Below are positions 17,429 through 25,565 of a stretch of DNA of 64,000 bases, in pieces. The notes beneath the pieces are model-generated. The model did no database searches. It was not told the origin of the DNA and was given only the letters and a program-made list of their open reading frames with translations. Within the stretch, counting starts at the first letter, position 1, and each line of letters begins with the position of its first letter. The position numbers and the translations under genes are program-made. The stretch comes from Candidatus Woesebacteria bacterium RBG_13_46_13 (lineage in GTDB: Bacteria > Patescibacteriota > Microgenomatia > UBA8517), in assembly GCA_001791995.1 (NCBI GenBank), contig MGFR01000002.1:36457-100456 (forward strand), read 5' to 3'.

Positions 17429-18475
17429 ATGCCTGCGAAAGCCAAGAAAACCCCCAAGGTCAAACTCCAGACGGATAAAGATGCCTTAAAAAAGCTTAAG
17501 TTGGTCGCCGTTGCCTATTCGCACGTCGAGCGTGAATGGTTTCCCACCGAGGATGCTTATACCGCGGAGGTAGAGGTCGAAGAGCGTGCCCAGGAGGTAA
17601 TCGAGGAAGTGCAAAAACTGGGGATAGAAGTGAAGGGCTACAAGGGCGACCAGTATTTTTTGACGAACCTCTTGGTGGATAAACCCGACTTGGTTATCAA
17701 TCTGGTCGATACGCTCCGGGGGAAGGATAGGCTGCAGACTTCGGTTCCGGCGGCTTTGGAACTTTCCAACATTCCCTATACCGGCGCAGGCATGGAGGGG
17801 CTGATTATCGGCAACAGCAGAAACCTGACAAAAAGGCTGTTTATCGCCTACGAAATTCCGACTCCCCAGTTTCAGTTTATTAGAAGGGCAGGGACCGCGG
17901 TTCTGGAGAGCTTGGGCCTGCCTTTAATCGTAAAACTCAACGAAAGCGGGGGATCAGTGGGAATAGATAACAACGCAGTTAAAGAAACCTTAAAAGACGC
18001 CCAGAAAAAGGTAGACGACATGATATCGGCTTATAAAATACCGGTGGTGGTCGAAAGATTTATCGACGGACCGGAAATTACGGTTGTGGTTTTTGACGAC
18101 GGGGTAAAAAAGCAGGTGTTTATGGGCGAGAAGATTTTCAGGAAGAAGCCCGACGGAAAGCACTTCTTTACCAGTATTGAGTCCTACGACGATTTCGATT
18201 CCTACAGATACAAATTTGTGGCGGAGCCTCTGCAGGGGAAAATTGCGACTCTTGCGGTCAGGGCCTTTAACGGACTGCACCACAAAGACTATGCCAAGTT
18301 CGATATCAGGGTAGAGGAGACAACCGGTATTCCGTATTTTACCGACAGCAATCCCAATACCGCTTTCGGACCGGATAAGGGTCTGCCCATGACCGAGGTA
18401 ATGAATTTATATGGAATTGCCTTCCAAGATACCCTGACCAGCATGTTATCCAAATATGCAAAAACTCTTCAGTAA
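17429..18475 (+). CDS. D-alanine--D-alanine ligase-family ATP-grasp enzyme with N-terminal extension
   Basis: LPLIVKLNESGGSVGI (Ddl-like ATP-binding strand), ...DIRVEETTGIPYFTDSNPNTAFGP... (Ddl-like C-terminal motif), GPEITVVVFDDG. Divergent from canonical ddl at the N-terminus. Confidence 0.65.
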   Translation: MPAKAKKTPKVKLQTDKDALKKLKLVAVAYSHVEREWFPTEDAYTAEVEVEERAQEVIEEVQKLGIEVKGYKGDQYFLTNLLVDKPDLVINLVDTLRGKDRLQTSVPAALELSNIPYTGAGMEGLIIGNSRNLTKRLFIAYEIPTPQFQFIRRAGTAVLESLGLPLIVKLNESGGSVGIDNNAVKETLKDAQKKVDDMISAYKIPVVVERFIDGPEITVVVFDDGVKKQVFMGEKIFRKKPDGKHFFTSIESYDDFDSYRYKFVAEPLQGKIATLAVRAFNGLHHKDYAKFDIRVEETTGIPYFTDSNPNTAFGPDKGLPMTEVMNLYGIAFQDTLTSMLSKYAKTLQ

Positions 18476-19055
18476 CCCTTATTTCCCGGAACTTTCAAGA
18501 GTTACCCAGATAACCTCGTCGCACTGCGGACCGGCGACCCTGGAGATGCTTTTGGGCTTTTTGGGTATCGAAGTTGATCAGGAGGCGATTGTGGAGACAA
18601 CGGGGGTTGGCCAAAAGCTGCCTGTTCACGGCATGATAATCTCCGAGATGGGGGAGGCCGTCAGGAAGCTGGCTCCCCAAGTGCAGTTTTGGTTTAAGGC
18701 CAATTCCAGCTTAAACGAGTTAAGCCAGTTGGTAAGAAATTATAAATACCCTGTAGGAATAGAATGGCAAGGGGTCTTTTACGAGGATGCGGATGATGAC
18801 AACGGACACTACAGCGTGATTACCCATATCGACACAACCAACAATATCATTATGGTTGCCGACCCCTACAAGCGCTTTGCTGGAACCGACAGAATTTTCC
18901 ACATTCTGGAGTTTGAGGACAGATGGTGGGACGAAAACGAGATTAAGGACCCCTATACGGGAAAGGTAAGCCAGGAGAGAGATTATCACATGATGTTTGT
19001 GATTACCCCCAAACAAGAAAATTTTCCCGAAACTTTTGAGATGATACGGGGTTAG
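18456..19055 (+). CDS. Papain-fold cysteine peptidase-like protein (C39-like / BtrH-N-like)
   Basis: QITSSHCGPATLEMLL has Gln, then Cys-Gly in the nucleophile position, and a downstream GHYSVITHID candidate catalytic His. Overlaps the preceding ATP-grasp gene by 20 nt, suggesting translational coupling. Confidence 0.5.
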   Translation: MQKLFSNPYFPELSRVTQITSSHCGPATLEMLLGFLGIEVDQEAIVETTGVGQKLPVHGMIISEMGEAVRKLAPQVQFWFKANSSLNELSQLVRNYKYPVGIEWQGVFYEDADDDNGHYSVITHIDTTNNIIMVADPYKRFAGTDRIFHILEFEDRWWDENEIKDPYTGKVSQERDYHMMFVITPKQENFPETFEMIRG

Positions 19056-19058
19056 CCC

Positions 19059-19376
19059 CTAGCGGAAAAGGATCAGAAGAACCACGGTTAAAATTCCGAA
19101 GAAGAGAAGCCAGGCGGTAGTTGCCAGAACAACCCGAATGGCTTTTTTGGTTTCTTTTTTCTCCCACCACAGGAGAAACGGATAATACCCGAAAAGAAGC
19201 GTACAGATAATTACCGAAAGAACAAAGATTAGAAGGAAGAGGGTCGGCCCCAGGAAATTATCCATGTTACCGAAGATGGAATTTCCGCCCCACATCAGAA
19301 GACCGATCAAGCCCACATATACGGCTAATCCTAAGGCCTGAAGAAAAGCGATAAATTCCAGCGATAGTTTTTTCAT
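19059..19376 (-). CDS. Small membrane protein (3 TM helices)
   Basis: 105 aa hydrophobic ORF. Confidence 0.4.
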   Translation of the reverse strand: MKKLSLEFIAFLQALGLAVYVGLIGLLMWGGNSIFGNMDNFLGPTLFLLIFVLSVIICTLLFGYYPFLLWWEKKETKKAIRVVLATTAWLLFFGILTVVLLILFR

Positions 19377-19424
19377 TGCCCCTTTAATTATACAGAGTCA
19401 TATCAACTCGTCTATGTTATACGG

Positions 19425-20321
19425 TTATCTTCGGGAACGAACAAGAAACGCAATTGATGCCAGCAAGAGTATTCCTGCTGATGCAATTATTGCGGCGGAC
19501 TTAAAAGGTGAGCTTGGGGTTGGGGGAGTTATTGTGACTTCGCGGGTTATCTTTTCAGAGACGGTTGGCGTCGGGGAGGAGGTTATAACTGGCTTTTGTG
19601 TCGGAGTGGGTGAGTTTACGGCAAGAGCGGCTTTTGCCGATAATTCATTAGAGATCGGTCCAAGGGTGCACCCGTTTCCCGGAATCACTATAAAATAGTA
19701 AATTACACCGGTACCAAGACTTCCTACCGTATACGAGGTGGTGTTTGCTCCTCCAACGTTGGGGTTGCCAAAAATATAAGTTCCCTTTTTCGTTCCGTAA
19801 TAAACGGTATAAAAAGTTACAGGGTCGGTTGCCTTCGTCCAGGTGAGTTTGATCTGGGAATTAGATATCGGAGTTGCCGAGACAAGTTTAGGAGGGCCAC
19901 CCGGGGCGGCGTCGGTGCAGGTGGTGGAATAAAAAGTCACGTGTCCGATTCCCGGGAGGGCAACGTTCTGGGTTTTATCGACGATATCGAGCGAATCGAC
20001 TCCTTCCTTGGTCGATTTGATGTAAAAAACTGCCTTACCCGAGCTATCGAGCTTGTTTGATTCAGGAGCGACTATAGCCGAGGGATCATCTGTCACCACA
20101 ACGCTTACTTCCTCTCCTGCCAGGGGAGTGCCGTAGGCATCCTTCACAGTAACGGTTAATACCGCCTCGGTTTTCCCATCGGCCGGTACTCTATCGGAGC
20201 CGGACATCGTAGCTACGATACTGGAACTATGAAAATCAGGAGAATTGTAAGCTGCCGTCCATTTGGAAAAAGCAAAAAAGAAAGCAAGAAAAAGAAAGGC
20301 TATTAATAATATTTTTCTCAT
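19425..20321 (-). CDS. Secreted/cell-surface protein with Ig-like/FN3-like beta domains and C-terminal TM anchor
   Basis: N-terminal signal (MRKILLIAFLFLAFFFAFS). Beta-rich repeats (TVTVKDAYGTPLAGEEVSVVVTD; KLTWTKATDPVTFYTVYYG is FN3-like). C-terminal SAAIIASAGILLLASIAFLVRSRR anchor. Confidence 0.5.
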   Translation of the reverse strand: MRKILLIAFLFLAFFFAFSKWTAAYNSPDFHSSSIVATMSGSDRVPADGKTEAVLTVTVKDAYGTPLAGEEVSVVVTDDPSAIVAPESNKLDSSGKAVFYIKSTKEGVDSLDIVDKTQNVALPGIGHVTFYSTTCTDAAPGGPPKLVSATPISNSQIKLTWTKATDPVTFYTVYYGTKKGTYIFGNPNVGGANTTSYTVGSLGTGVIYYFIVIPGNGCTLGPISNELSAKAALAVNSPTPTQKPVITSSPTPTVSEKITREVTITPPTPSSPFKSAAIIASAGILLLASIAFLVRSRR

Positions 20322-20385
20322 ATATTTATTATAGACAGGTACCCTGAGAGGGTGAAGTATTGAAGGCAGTAATTCTGAAGTTGGC

Positions 20386-20482
20386 AGGCCTTAGTATCCG
20401 AACTTCGAACAATTTGGCACGAAGTGAGCTCGTTTGACATAAACAAAATGCGAGGATTTATAAATCCTCACCCAGTTTTTGC
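20386..20482. repeat. Island intergenic repeat, full copy 1 (core A ACTTCGAACAATTTGGCAC, core B AATCCTCACCCAG)
   Basis: About 80% identical to 22264-22362. Core B lies about 60 nt upstream of the start of the 20538 gene. Confidence 0.6.
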
Positions 20483-20537
20483 TTAAAGATATAAATTGCA
20501 TTAGAATCGCCTGGCTAGTAAATTAAAAAAAGAGCGT

Positions 20538-21194
20538 ATGAAAGCCATTTTGGGAAGAAACAAACAACTTATGGATGTTTTTCTAGATTTAGACCCACTA
20601 CCTGTCAATAATACTGATGAGGAAGTCGGTAGGAGTTTTTTATTTAGATTTCGACCTAATTTAGCAAACATTGGAAAACGAACGAAGCAAATAAAAAGGA
20701 TTGGGATGGCATACGATACCCCAAGTGTTGCGATGTACGATCAAGCAAAAGATCTTTATAGTCTCGGATATTTTGTCTCTTCAATAATAGTTTGTAGGTC
20801 TACTGCAGAATATTTGGCGTTTGAGATATTTCTTGAGGAGGTTGAGCTGGAAGGTAAAACGGAGATTATAGAGTCAGTAGCGGAGAGTTTAGATTTTAGA
20901 AAAGTAGTTAACGAGTTTCTTTATAATCCAAAAAAAGGTTTTGCGTATATTAACAAGGACACGCACGACATATTTAATAATCTTTATTCATTGGCTAACA
21001 ATTGGGTTCATCCTAGAAAGATCAAGGATAAGGTTAAAATCGAAAAAGTTGCATTTAAGTCACTGGAAATGCTAGGTTCTTTACTTTCATCTCTTCGAGA
21101 TGTGATGAAAGATTATAAAGTTGTTAAAGGTTCACTAGTAAGGAAAGCTACTGCAAGAAAGAAAGTTAGGCCAATTATTTTGGGACACAAGTAA
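20538..21194 (+). CDS. Hypothetical protein (AT-rich island)
   Basis: 218 aa ORF in a low-GC segment, no family recognised. Confidence 0.45.
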   Translation: MKAILGRNKQLMDVFLDLDPLPVNNTDEEVGRSFLFRFRPNLANIGKRTKQIKRIGMAYDTPSVAMYDQAKDLYSLGYFVSSIIVCRSTAEYLAFEIFLEEVELEGKTEIIESVAESLDFRKVVNEFLYNPKKGFAYINKDTHDIFNNLYSLANNWVHPRKIKDKVKIEKVAFKSLEMLGSLLSSLRDVMKDYKVVKGSLVRKATARKKVRPIILGHK

Positions 21195-21204
21195 ACAGAA
21201 TAAG

Positions 21205-22197
21205 TTAGAGCCCGAGGAGAAGCAGCTTACTTGGATCTAATTGTTCAACAAAATGATATTCCCCAGTTTTTCCGTCCTTCAGCTTATATGTAATTTTTTC
21301 GGAATTACGAACAGTCATTGAACCCAACATTACAATTTTGCCATCAATTATGGTCCCTATATGTCCGGTTGGGAATAATAGACCGTTTTGACTAACAATT
21401 GCGGCCAAAATGTGACCTCCAACGGTTGCAAACTTGTATTTTATGCTCTCTTTGTTTACGAAGCTCATCAATGTTTCGGCATCCTTGTACATTACCGACT
21501 CCAAGTTCACCGCATTTCTTTCCCCGAATTCAAGCTCTGAAAGTAAAAGGGGTGGGACAACGACCGTTACAGACTTTTGATTTGGATGAAAAGCGACATA
21601 AGAATACAAAGGCACCTCATTTTTTACAAAAGTACAGTTCCTAACATCAATTTCCAGCGTAATCATTCTCGTTTGGGGATAGTCTATTTCAACATACATA
21701 CCTTTTGTTAATTGGCCGTTATTTTTTGACATTGCATTTACAAGACCATCAATTATGTCCTGGTCGATTGATTGGTGCATATGGGTGCCTTCACCCCTCG
21801 CTTTTAAGGGATTAGACATATTGTTTCCTAGAATTGAGCTTTCTATGGTTTGCTTTTTAGTTGGGTTAAAACCTGCGATTATGAGGGCGACATTTCCATA
21901 CCTTCCTGTCGAATTGACGTATTCACTTATTATAGTTTTTAGATCAGTGTCAATAATACTTTCGAGCTCATCAAAAGAAGAACTCTCTTTAATTTTAGAT
22001 TTGAGGTCATTTAGTATAAAAGAAGCAGGGGCAGCGTCTCCGGCTTCAAGAGCATCGATTTGATGGTTGAGCACGAATGCTTTTATCAAATCATCATCAT
22101 ATTTATCTGGTCTACCATCCGAGTATCGAGTTGTGGCTCTAGTATCAGAAACAAGAAACATTTTCTTGGCCAGATGAACCCCCAGAATCAGTGACAT
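21205..22197 (-). CDS. Hypothetical protein (AT-rich island); N-terminus uncertain
   Basis: The track ORF runs to 22311 but its 5' end overlaps the conserved intergenic repeat. An internal Met (MSLILGV... or MFLVSD...) is more likely the start. Confidence 0.4.
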   Translation of the reverse strand: MSLILGVHLAKKMFLVSDTRATTRYSDGRPDKYDDDLIKAFVLNHQIDALEAGDAAPASFILNDLKSKIKESSSFDELESIIDTDLKTIISEYVNSTGRYGNVALIIAGFNPTKKQTIESSILGNNMSNPLKARGEGTHMHQSIDQDIIDGLVNAMSKNNGQLTKGMYVEIDYPQTRMITLEIDVRNCTFVKNEVPLYSYVAFHPNQKSVTVVVPPLLLSELEFGERNAVNLESVMYKDAETLMSFVNKESIKYKFATVGGHILAAIVSQNGLLFPTGHIGTIIDGKIVMLGSMTVRNSEKITYKLKDGKTGEYHFVEQLDPSKLLLLGL

Positions 22198-22263
22198 TTG
22201 ACAGATTATAGCATTCCAAATTAAGCACGGGGGACGAGGACTACGTACACTGAATGTGAGGGC

Positions 22264-22362
22264 GGGCCTTAGTATATCAACTTCGAACAATTTGGCACAA
22301 GATGAGCTCATTTGATGTAGATAAAGTCCAACAATTTCTTAATCCTCAACCAGCAATTGCTT
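22264..22362. repeat. Island intergenic repeat, full copy 2
   Basis: GGCCTTAGTATATCAACTTCGAACAATTTGGCACAAGATGAGCTCATTTGATG...TTTCTTAATCCTCAACCAGC. Core B is 48 nt upstream of the 22401 gene. Confidence 0.6.
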
Positions 22363-22400
22363 ACAATTAACCGGCAATATAGAATTTAGGCATCGCTAAA

Positions 22401-22793
22401 ATGAAAAGATTGTCCCCAAATGAAAAATGGAACAGATTTAATAAAAAACTAGAGGAGTTGATGAAATCGAATGATTTTTATGGTTTGGGAGTAATTTATC
22501 AGGAAATGGCCAACTTCTTAAATAATGAAGGGAAAGATTCCAAAGAAATGCTTAATAAAGCCCATGAGATGAAGCTCACACATCACAGAAATTATATAAA
22601 GAATTTACGATACGATTCTCCAATCTGTGTAGGGGTTGAGGTTCGTTGCACAGATGATAGTTGTAGAAGCTGTAAAAGCTTGCAAGGTAAAGTTTTTGAT
22701 TTTGATAAAGCCATAGAGACAAATCCTTTACCTGTTAGAAATTGTAGCCATGAATATGGTTGCAGGTGTGTTTATCTTCCTGTAGCTAATTGA
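22401..22793 (+). CDS. Hypothetical protein with Cys-rich C-terminus (possible zinc ribbon)
   Basis: 130 aa; the C-terminal segment ...CVGVEVRCTDDSCRSCKSLQGKV...CSHEYGCRCVYLP carries several Cys pairs. Confidence 0.45.
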   Translation: MKRLSPNEKWNRFNKKLEELMKSNDFYGLGVIYQEMANFLNNEGKDSKEMLNKAHEMKLTHHRNYIKNLRYDSPICVGVEVRCTDDSCRSCKSLQGKVFDFDKAIETNPLPVRNCSHEYGCRCVYLPVAN

Positions 22794-22807
22794 GTGGAGA
22801 AAGGTCA

Positions 22808-22835
22808 AGAGTTTCTTAATCCTCGGCCAGCCTTC
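22808..22835. repeat. Island intergenic repeat, half copy (core B only: TTTCTTAATCCTCGGCCAGCC)
   Basis: 40 nt upstream of the 22869 gene. Confidence 0.5.
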
Positions 22836-22868
22836 GGTCTTACCTAATTTCTGATAAAATATGGCTGT

Positions 22869-23390
22869 ATGAAGATGGATCAGCTGATAGACAAGAAGAA
22901 GTTGAAACATCCAGACTTTTGGTTTGTTAAGGCACACGCATACGCTTCAGCATGCCTTTTTATATTAGAAGAATTTTCCAGGGCGATTAAAGACAAAGAC
23001 GGGGAGAATAGGACTAGACTAAAAGAAGTTACTCTTAGCCTCTCTTCCGTTGGGGCAACTCCCTATTTAGTCGGAATTTCTAGCGAATTGTATATGAAGG
23101 GGTACTTAATATCTAAAGGAGAAAAACCTGACGCGCTAAAGAGGGTAGGTCACAACTTAAAAACCATTAGAGAAAAATGTGCAACTTTTGGAGACCCGAG
23201 GTTTAATGATAAAGACCTAATCTTTCTTGCCGATACTCTTGGCAAATATTTGATGGAGGATGGGGGAGTTAGATATCCAGATAAAAATGACTTACCTATT
23301 TATATACCAATTTTTAAAAACATTTTAAATATGTTTCATAAATTAAGTATTGAAGTGTCAGACACCCCTGCTAAAGGAGAAGATACTTGA
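22869..23390 (+). CDS. Hypothetical protein (AT-rich island)
   Basis: 173 aa, predicted helical, no confident family. Confidence 0.45.
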   Translation: MKMDQLIDKKKLKHPDFWFVKAHAYASACLFILEEFSRAIKDKDGENRTRLKEVTLSLSSVGATPYLVGISSELYMKGYLISKGEKPDALKRVGHNLKTIREKCATFGDPRFNDKDLIFLADTLGKYLMEDGGVRYPDKNDLPIYIPIFKNILNMFHKLSIEVSDTPAKGEDT

Positions 23391-23392
23391 TT

Positions 23393-23440
23393 TAAATAGT
23401 TCCACTTCGAACAATCTGGTGCAGGATAAGCCTTGAGATG
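23393..23440. repeat. Island intergenic repeat, half copy (core A-like: CACTTCGAACAATCTGGTGCAGGATAAGCC)
   Basis: Similar to the first half of the full copies. Confidence 0.45.
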
Positions 23441-23579
23441 GGGAAGATACAATAATTTCTAGGTTCAACATATGTTTCAATAACGATAACCAGCAACTAA
23501 ACTGGGTGAAATTCAAATATTTATTTCAAATGGAACCAATGTTTTTTCAAGTTATGATAAATCTTTATAGACTAGATAT

Positions 23580-24497
23580 TTAATATTTCTTAAAATCAGT
23601 AAGTCTTTCAAAAATCTTTTCCATAGCCTCAGCAAAAGTACCAGAAATAGGAATAGTATTTCCGCTCCTGCCAGAACTAGTATTCCATTCTTCAAACTTT
23701 TGTTTATCACCCACATAGAAAATGTTCGCATGGGTTTCTCTTAGAGGATCCCATATATGATAATCTTGTGGGTAAGGCTTTACTCCCACAATTATTACTT
23801 GTTTTACATTGAGTATTAGATTTTTCCACTCCTTTTGGATATGCTCAATAAAATCAAAACCTAATGGAGCCGGTTTATTCTCTGTAAAAAGAGCCATTAC
23901 TGGATACAAAGGGGTATCACTAGTTAATTTTTCAGTTACTTTTTCGGGGGTGTTTAGTGAGTATATTGGCGCTTTTATTCGCATATCTGAACTAAAATTG
24001 ACATACCTATTCATTCCCTCAAAATCGAGGAACCAGTTGCATGAACCATGAAGTTTTATAAGTAATATACCTCCTTTATTGGGGGGAATAAGATAATTTG
24101 TTTTAAAACCATTTCTAGTAAGTTCTCCGTCAAGCAAGCAATCATAATTAAGTGTTGATAGTATTGTGTCATCGCTTTTTATCTTAATAAGATATTTAAT
24201 AATCTCACCATATCGGGTTTCATTTTTTGGAGTGAATCTATTAAAGTAAATACCTAATTGTTGGAGCAATAAAGAAGATATATCGCTGTGTTTTTTCCAT
24301 AATGAGTCCATACCTTTTTCAAAATTTTGCAAAAATAAAGTATTGAGATCTTCTGGCAGCTTTCCCCAGGTGTCCGGAAACGTAGAAACTAATATAGAGT
24401 GAAGTTCTCCTCCCAATGGAGGTTGATGGGGAAAAATGTCCCCGCAGTCATGACTTGCACCAGCACCAAATAAAAATACGGTATTAATCTTACCCAT
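23580..24497 (-). CDS. SIR2-like domain protein (SIR2_2 / DUF4020-type NAD-binding fold), standalone
   Basis: N-terminal VFLFGAGASHDCGDIFP matches the SIR2_2 signature (LFxGAGxS...G.P), and LIKLHGSCNW supplies the HGS motif. 305 aa, no fused effector or sensor domains. Confidence 0.6.
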   Translation of the reverse strand: MGKINTVFLFGAGASHDCGDIFPHQPPLGGELHSILVSTFPDTWGKLPEDLNTLFLQNFEKGMDSLWKKHSDISSLLLQQLGIYFNRFTPKNETRYGEIIKYLIKIKSDDTILSTLNYDCLLDGELTRNGFKTNYLIPPNKGGILLIKLHGSCNWFLDFEGMNRYVNFSSDMRIKAPIYSLNTPEKVTEKLTSDTPLYPVMALFTENKPAPLGFDFIEHIQKEWKNLILNVKQVIIVGVKPYPQDYHIWDPLRETHANIFYVGDKQKFEEWNTSSGRSGNTIPISGTFAEAMEKIFERLTDFKKY

Positions 24498-24675
24498 TTT
24501 AAGCCCGCCTCGTTCATCAAGTATCCAGGTACATGTCCAAATACCATGGAAATCTACTTAAAATTCTCTTCGCCCTTGACTTTTCTATATAATATCACTT
24601 GAGGCTAGCAGGGGCTAGAAACTATGTAGGGAACTTTTTCAAGGTTGAATTTCACCAAGTTGATATGATTTATTA

Positions 24676-24906
24676 ATGAAGTGCTATTATATGAGTAAGA
24701 TGAAAAAGGAATCTGTAATAGGAATCCTAATATTGTTGGGTTTGGTTTATTGGTTTGCGATTAGACCATCAAACATAAGAAGCCATTGTCACAATCTTGC
24801 TGATGAAAACGCAAGAATTTGGGCAACGTCGGTAAAGGATGGTAAGGAAAGTGAAATATATGACCGTTCACTGGAAAAGTGCATCAATGAAAAAGGATTG
24901 AGGTAA
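24676..24906 (+). CDS. Small secreted/membrane-anchored protein
   Basis: 76 aa with an N-terminal hydrophobic segment (SVIGILILLGLVYWFAI) and two Cys. Confidence 0.3.
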   Translation: MKCYYMSKMKKESVIGILILLGLVYWFAIRPSNIRSHCHNLADENARIWATSVKDGKESEIYDRSLEKCINEKGLR

Positions 24907-25021
24907 GAGGCTTCATCCGCCCAGATAAGAAACTTCTATTATCTAAAAGCACCACCTTCGGGTATGCACCGTAGTATAATTATCTTGTAGGTAAAGAGAG
25001 TTCTCTAAGTAAAAGAAGGGA

Positions 25022-25237
25022 TTGAGGATGATCGGTACTAAAGTTATCTTAACAGTATTATTTAATGTTGCGGGTATTGTAATTATCGCTTGGGGTATGT
25101 TCAACGACAAAATTTGGGTTATGGCAGTCGGCGGTGCGCTTACGGGCATAGTAATTGGGCTTATGTACGACGACTTGTTAGGTCAGATTAGGGATGTGAA
25201 GATTGACGAAGAAGAGGAAGAAGAGGAGGACCAGTGA
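25022..25237 (+). CDS. Small 2-TM membrane protein with poly-Glu C-terminal tail
   Basis: 71 aa; ...KIDEEEEEEEDQ. Confidence 0.35.
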   Translation: MRMIGTKVILTVLFNVAGIVIIAWGMFNDKIWVMAVGGALTGIVIGLMYDDLLGQIRDVKIDEEEEEEEDQ

Positions 25238-25247
25238 GGAGCTACCA

Positions 25248-25451
25248 ATGAAAGAGGATGAAATTAAAAAAGAAAAAAAGAAGTTAAATAAGTATTTTAT
25301 ATTCTTTTTGATATCTACGGTTGGGTCAATGGTTCTCGGAGATGATAGCCAACTAGGTATGATATTTTCGGCGTTATCACTCATTTCTTTAATTGTTTTA
25401 ATTGCAAAAGGGGTTGACTACAAGAGGAAAGTTAACGAAATAAAAAAGTAG
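25248..25451 (+). CDS. Small membrane protein (start uncertain; track ORF begins at 25203)
   Basis: A lysine-rich N-terminus followed by two hydrophobic helices. Confidence 0.3.
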   Translation: MKEDEIKKEKKKLNKYFIFFLISTVGSMVLGDDSQLGMIFSALSLISLIVLIAKGVDYKRKVNEIKK

Positions 25452-25456
25452 TCCTG

Positions 25457-25527
25457 CAGGGGCGGAGAGAATCGAACTCCCATTGCGGGTTTTGGAGACC
25501 CGCGTCCTACCATTGAACGACGCCCCT
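25457..25527 (-). tRNA. trnW: tRNA-Trp (anticodon CCA)
   Basis: Reverse complement: AGGGGCG TC GTTCAATGGTAGGAC G CGGGT CTCCAAA ACCCG CAAT GGGAG TTCGATT CTCTC CGCCCCT G. The acceptor stem pairs, the anticodon loop is CU-CCA-AA, and the T-loop is TTCGATT. Confidence 0.85.
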
Positions 25528-25565
25528 AGACAAGCGCAATTATACCAATTTTTGGGTTTGGATGC

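Noticed and set aside
20386-23440. Integron-like attC sites for the island repeats
   Set aside because: No GTTRRRY/RYYYAAC core pairs and no intI-like gene. Spacing upstream of start codons fits promoter/operator modules better.
24560-24600. TTGACT...TATAAT-like sequence upstream of the SIR2 gene region
   Set aside because: The spacer between the -35-like and -10-like boxes is only about 7 nt, so it is not a functional sigma70 geometry.
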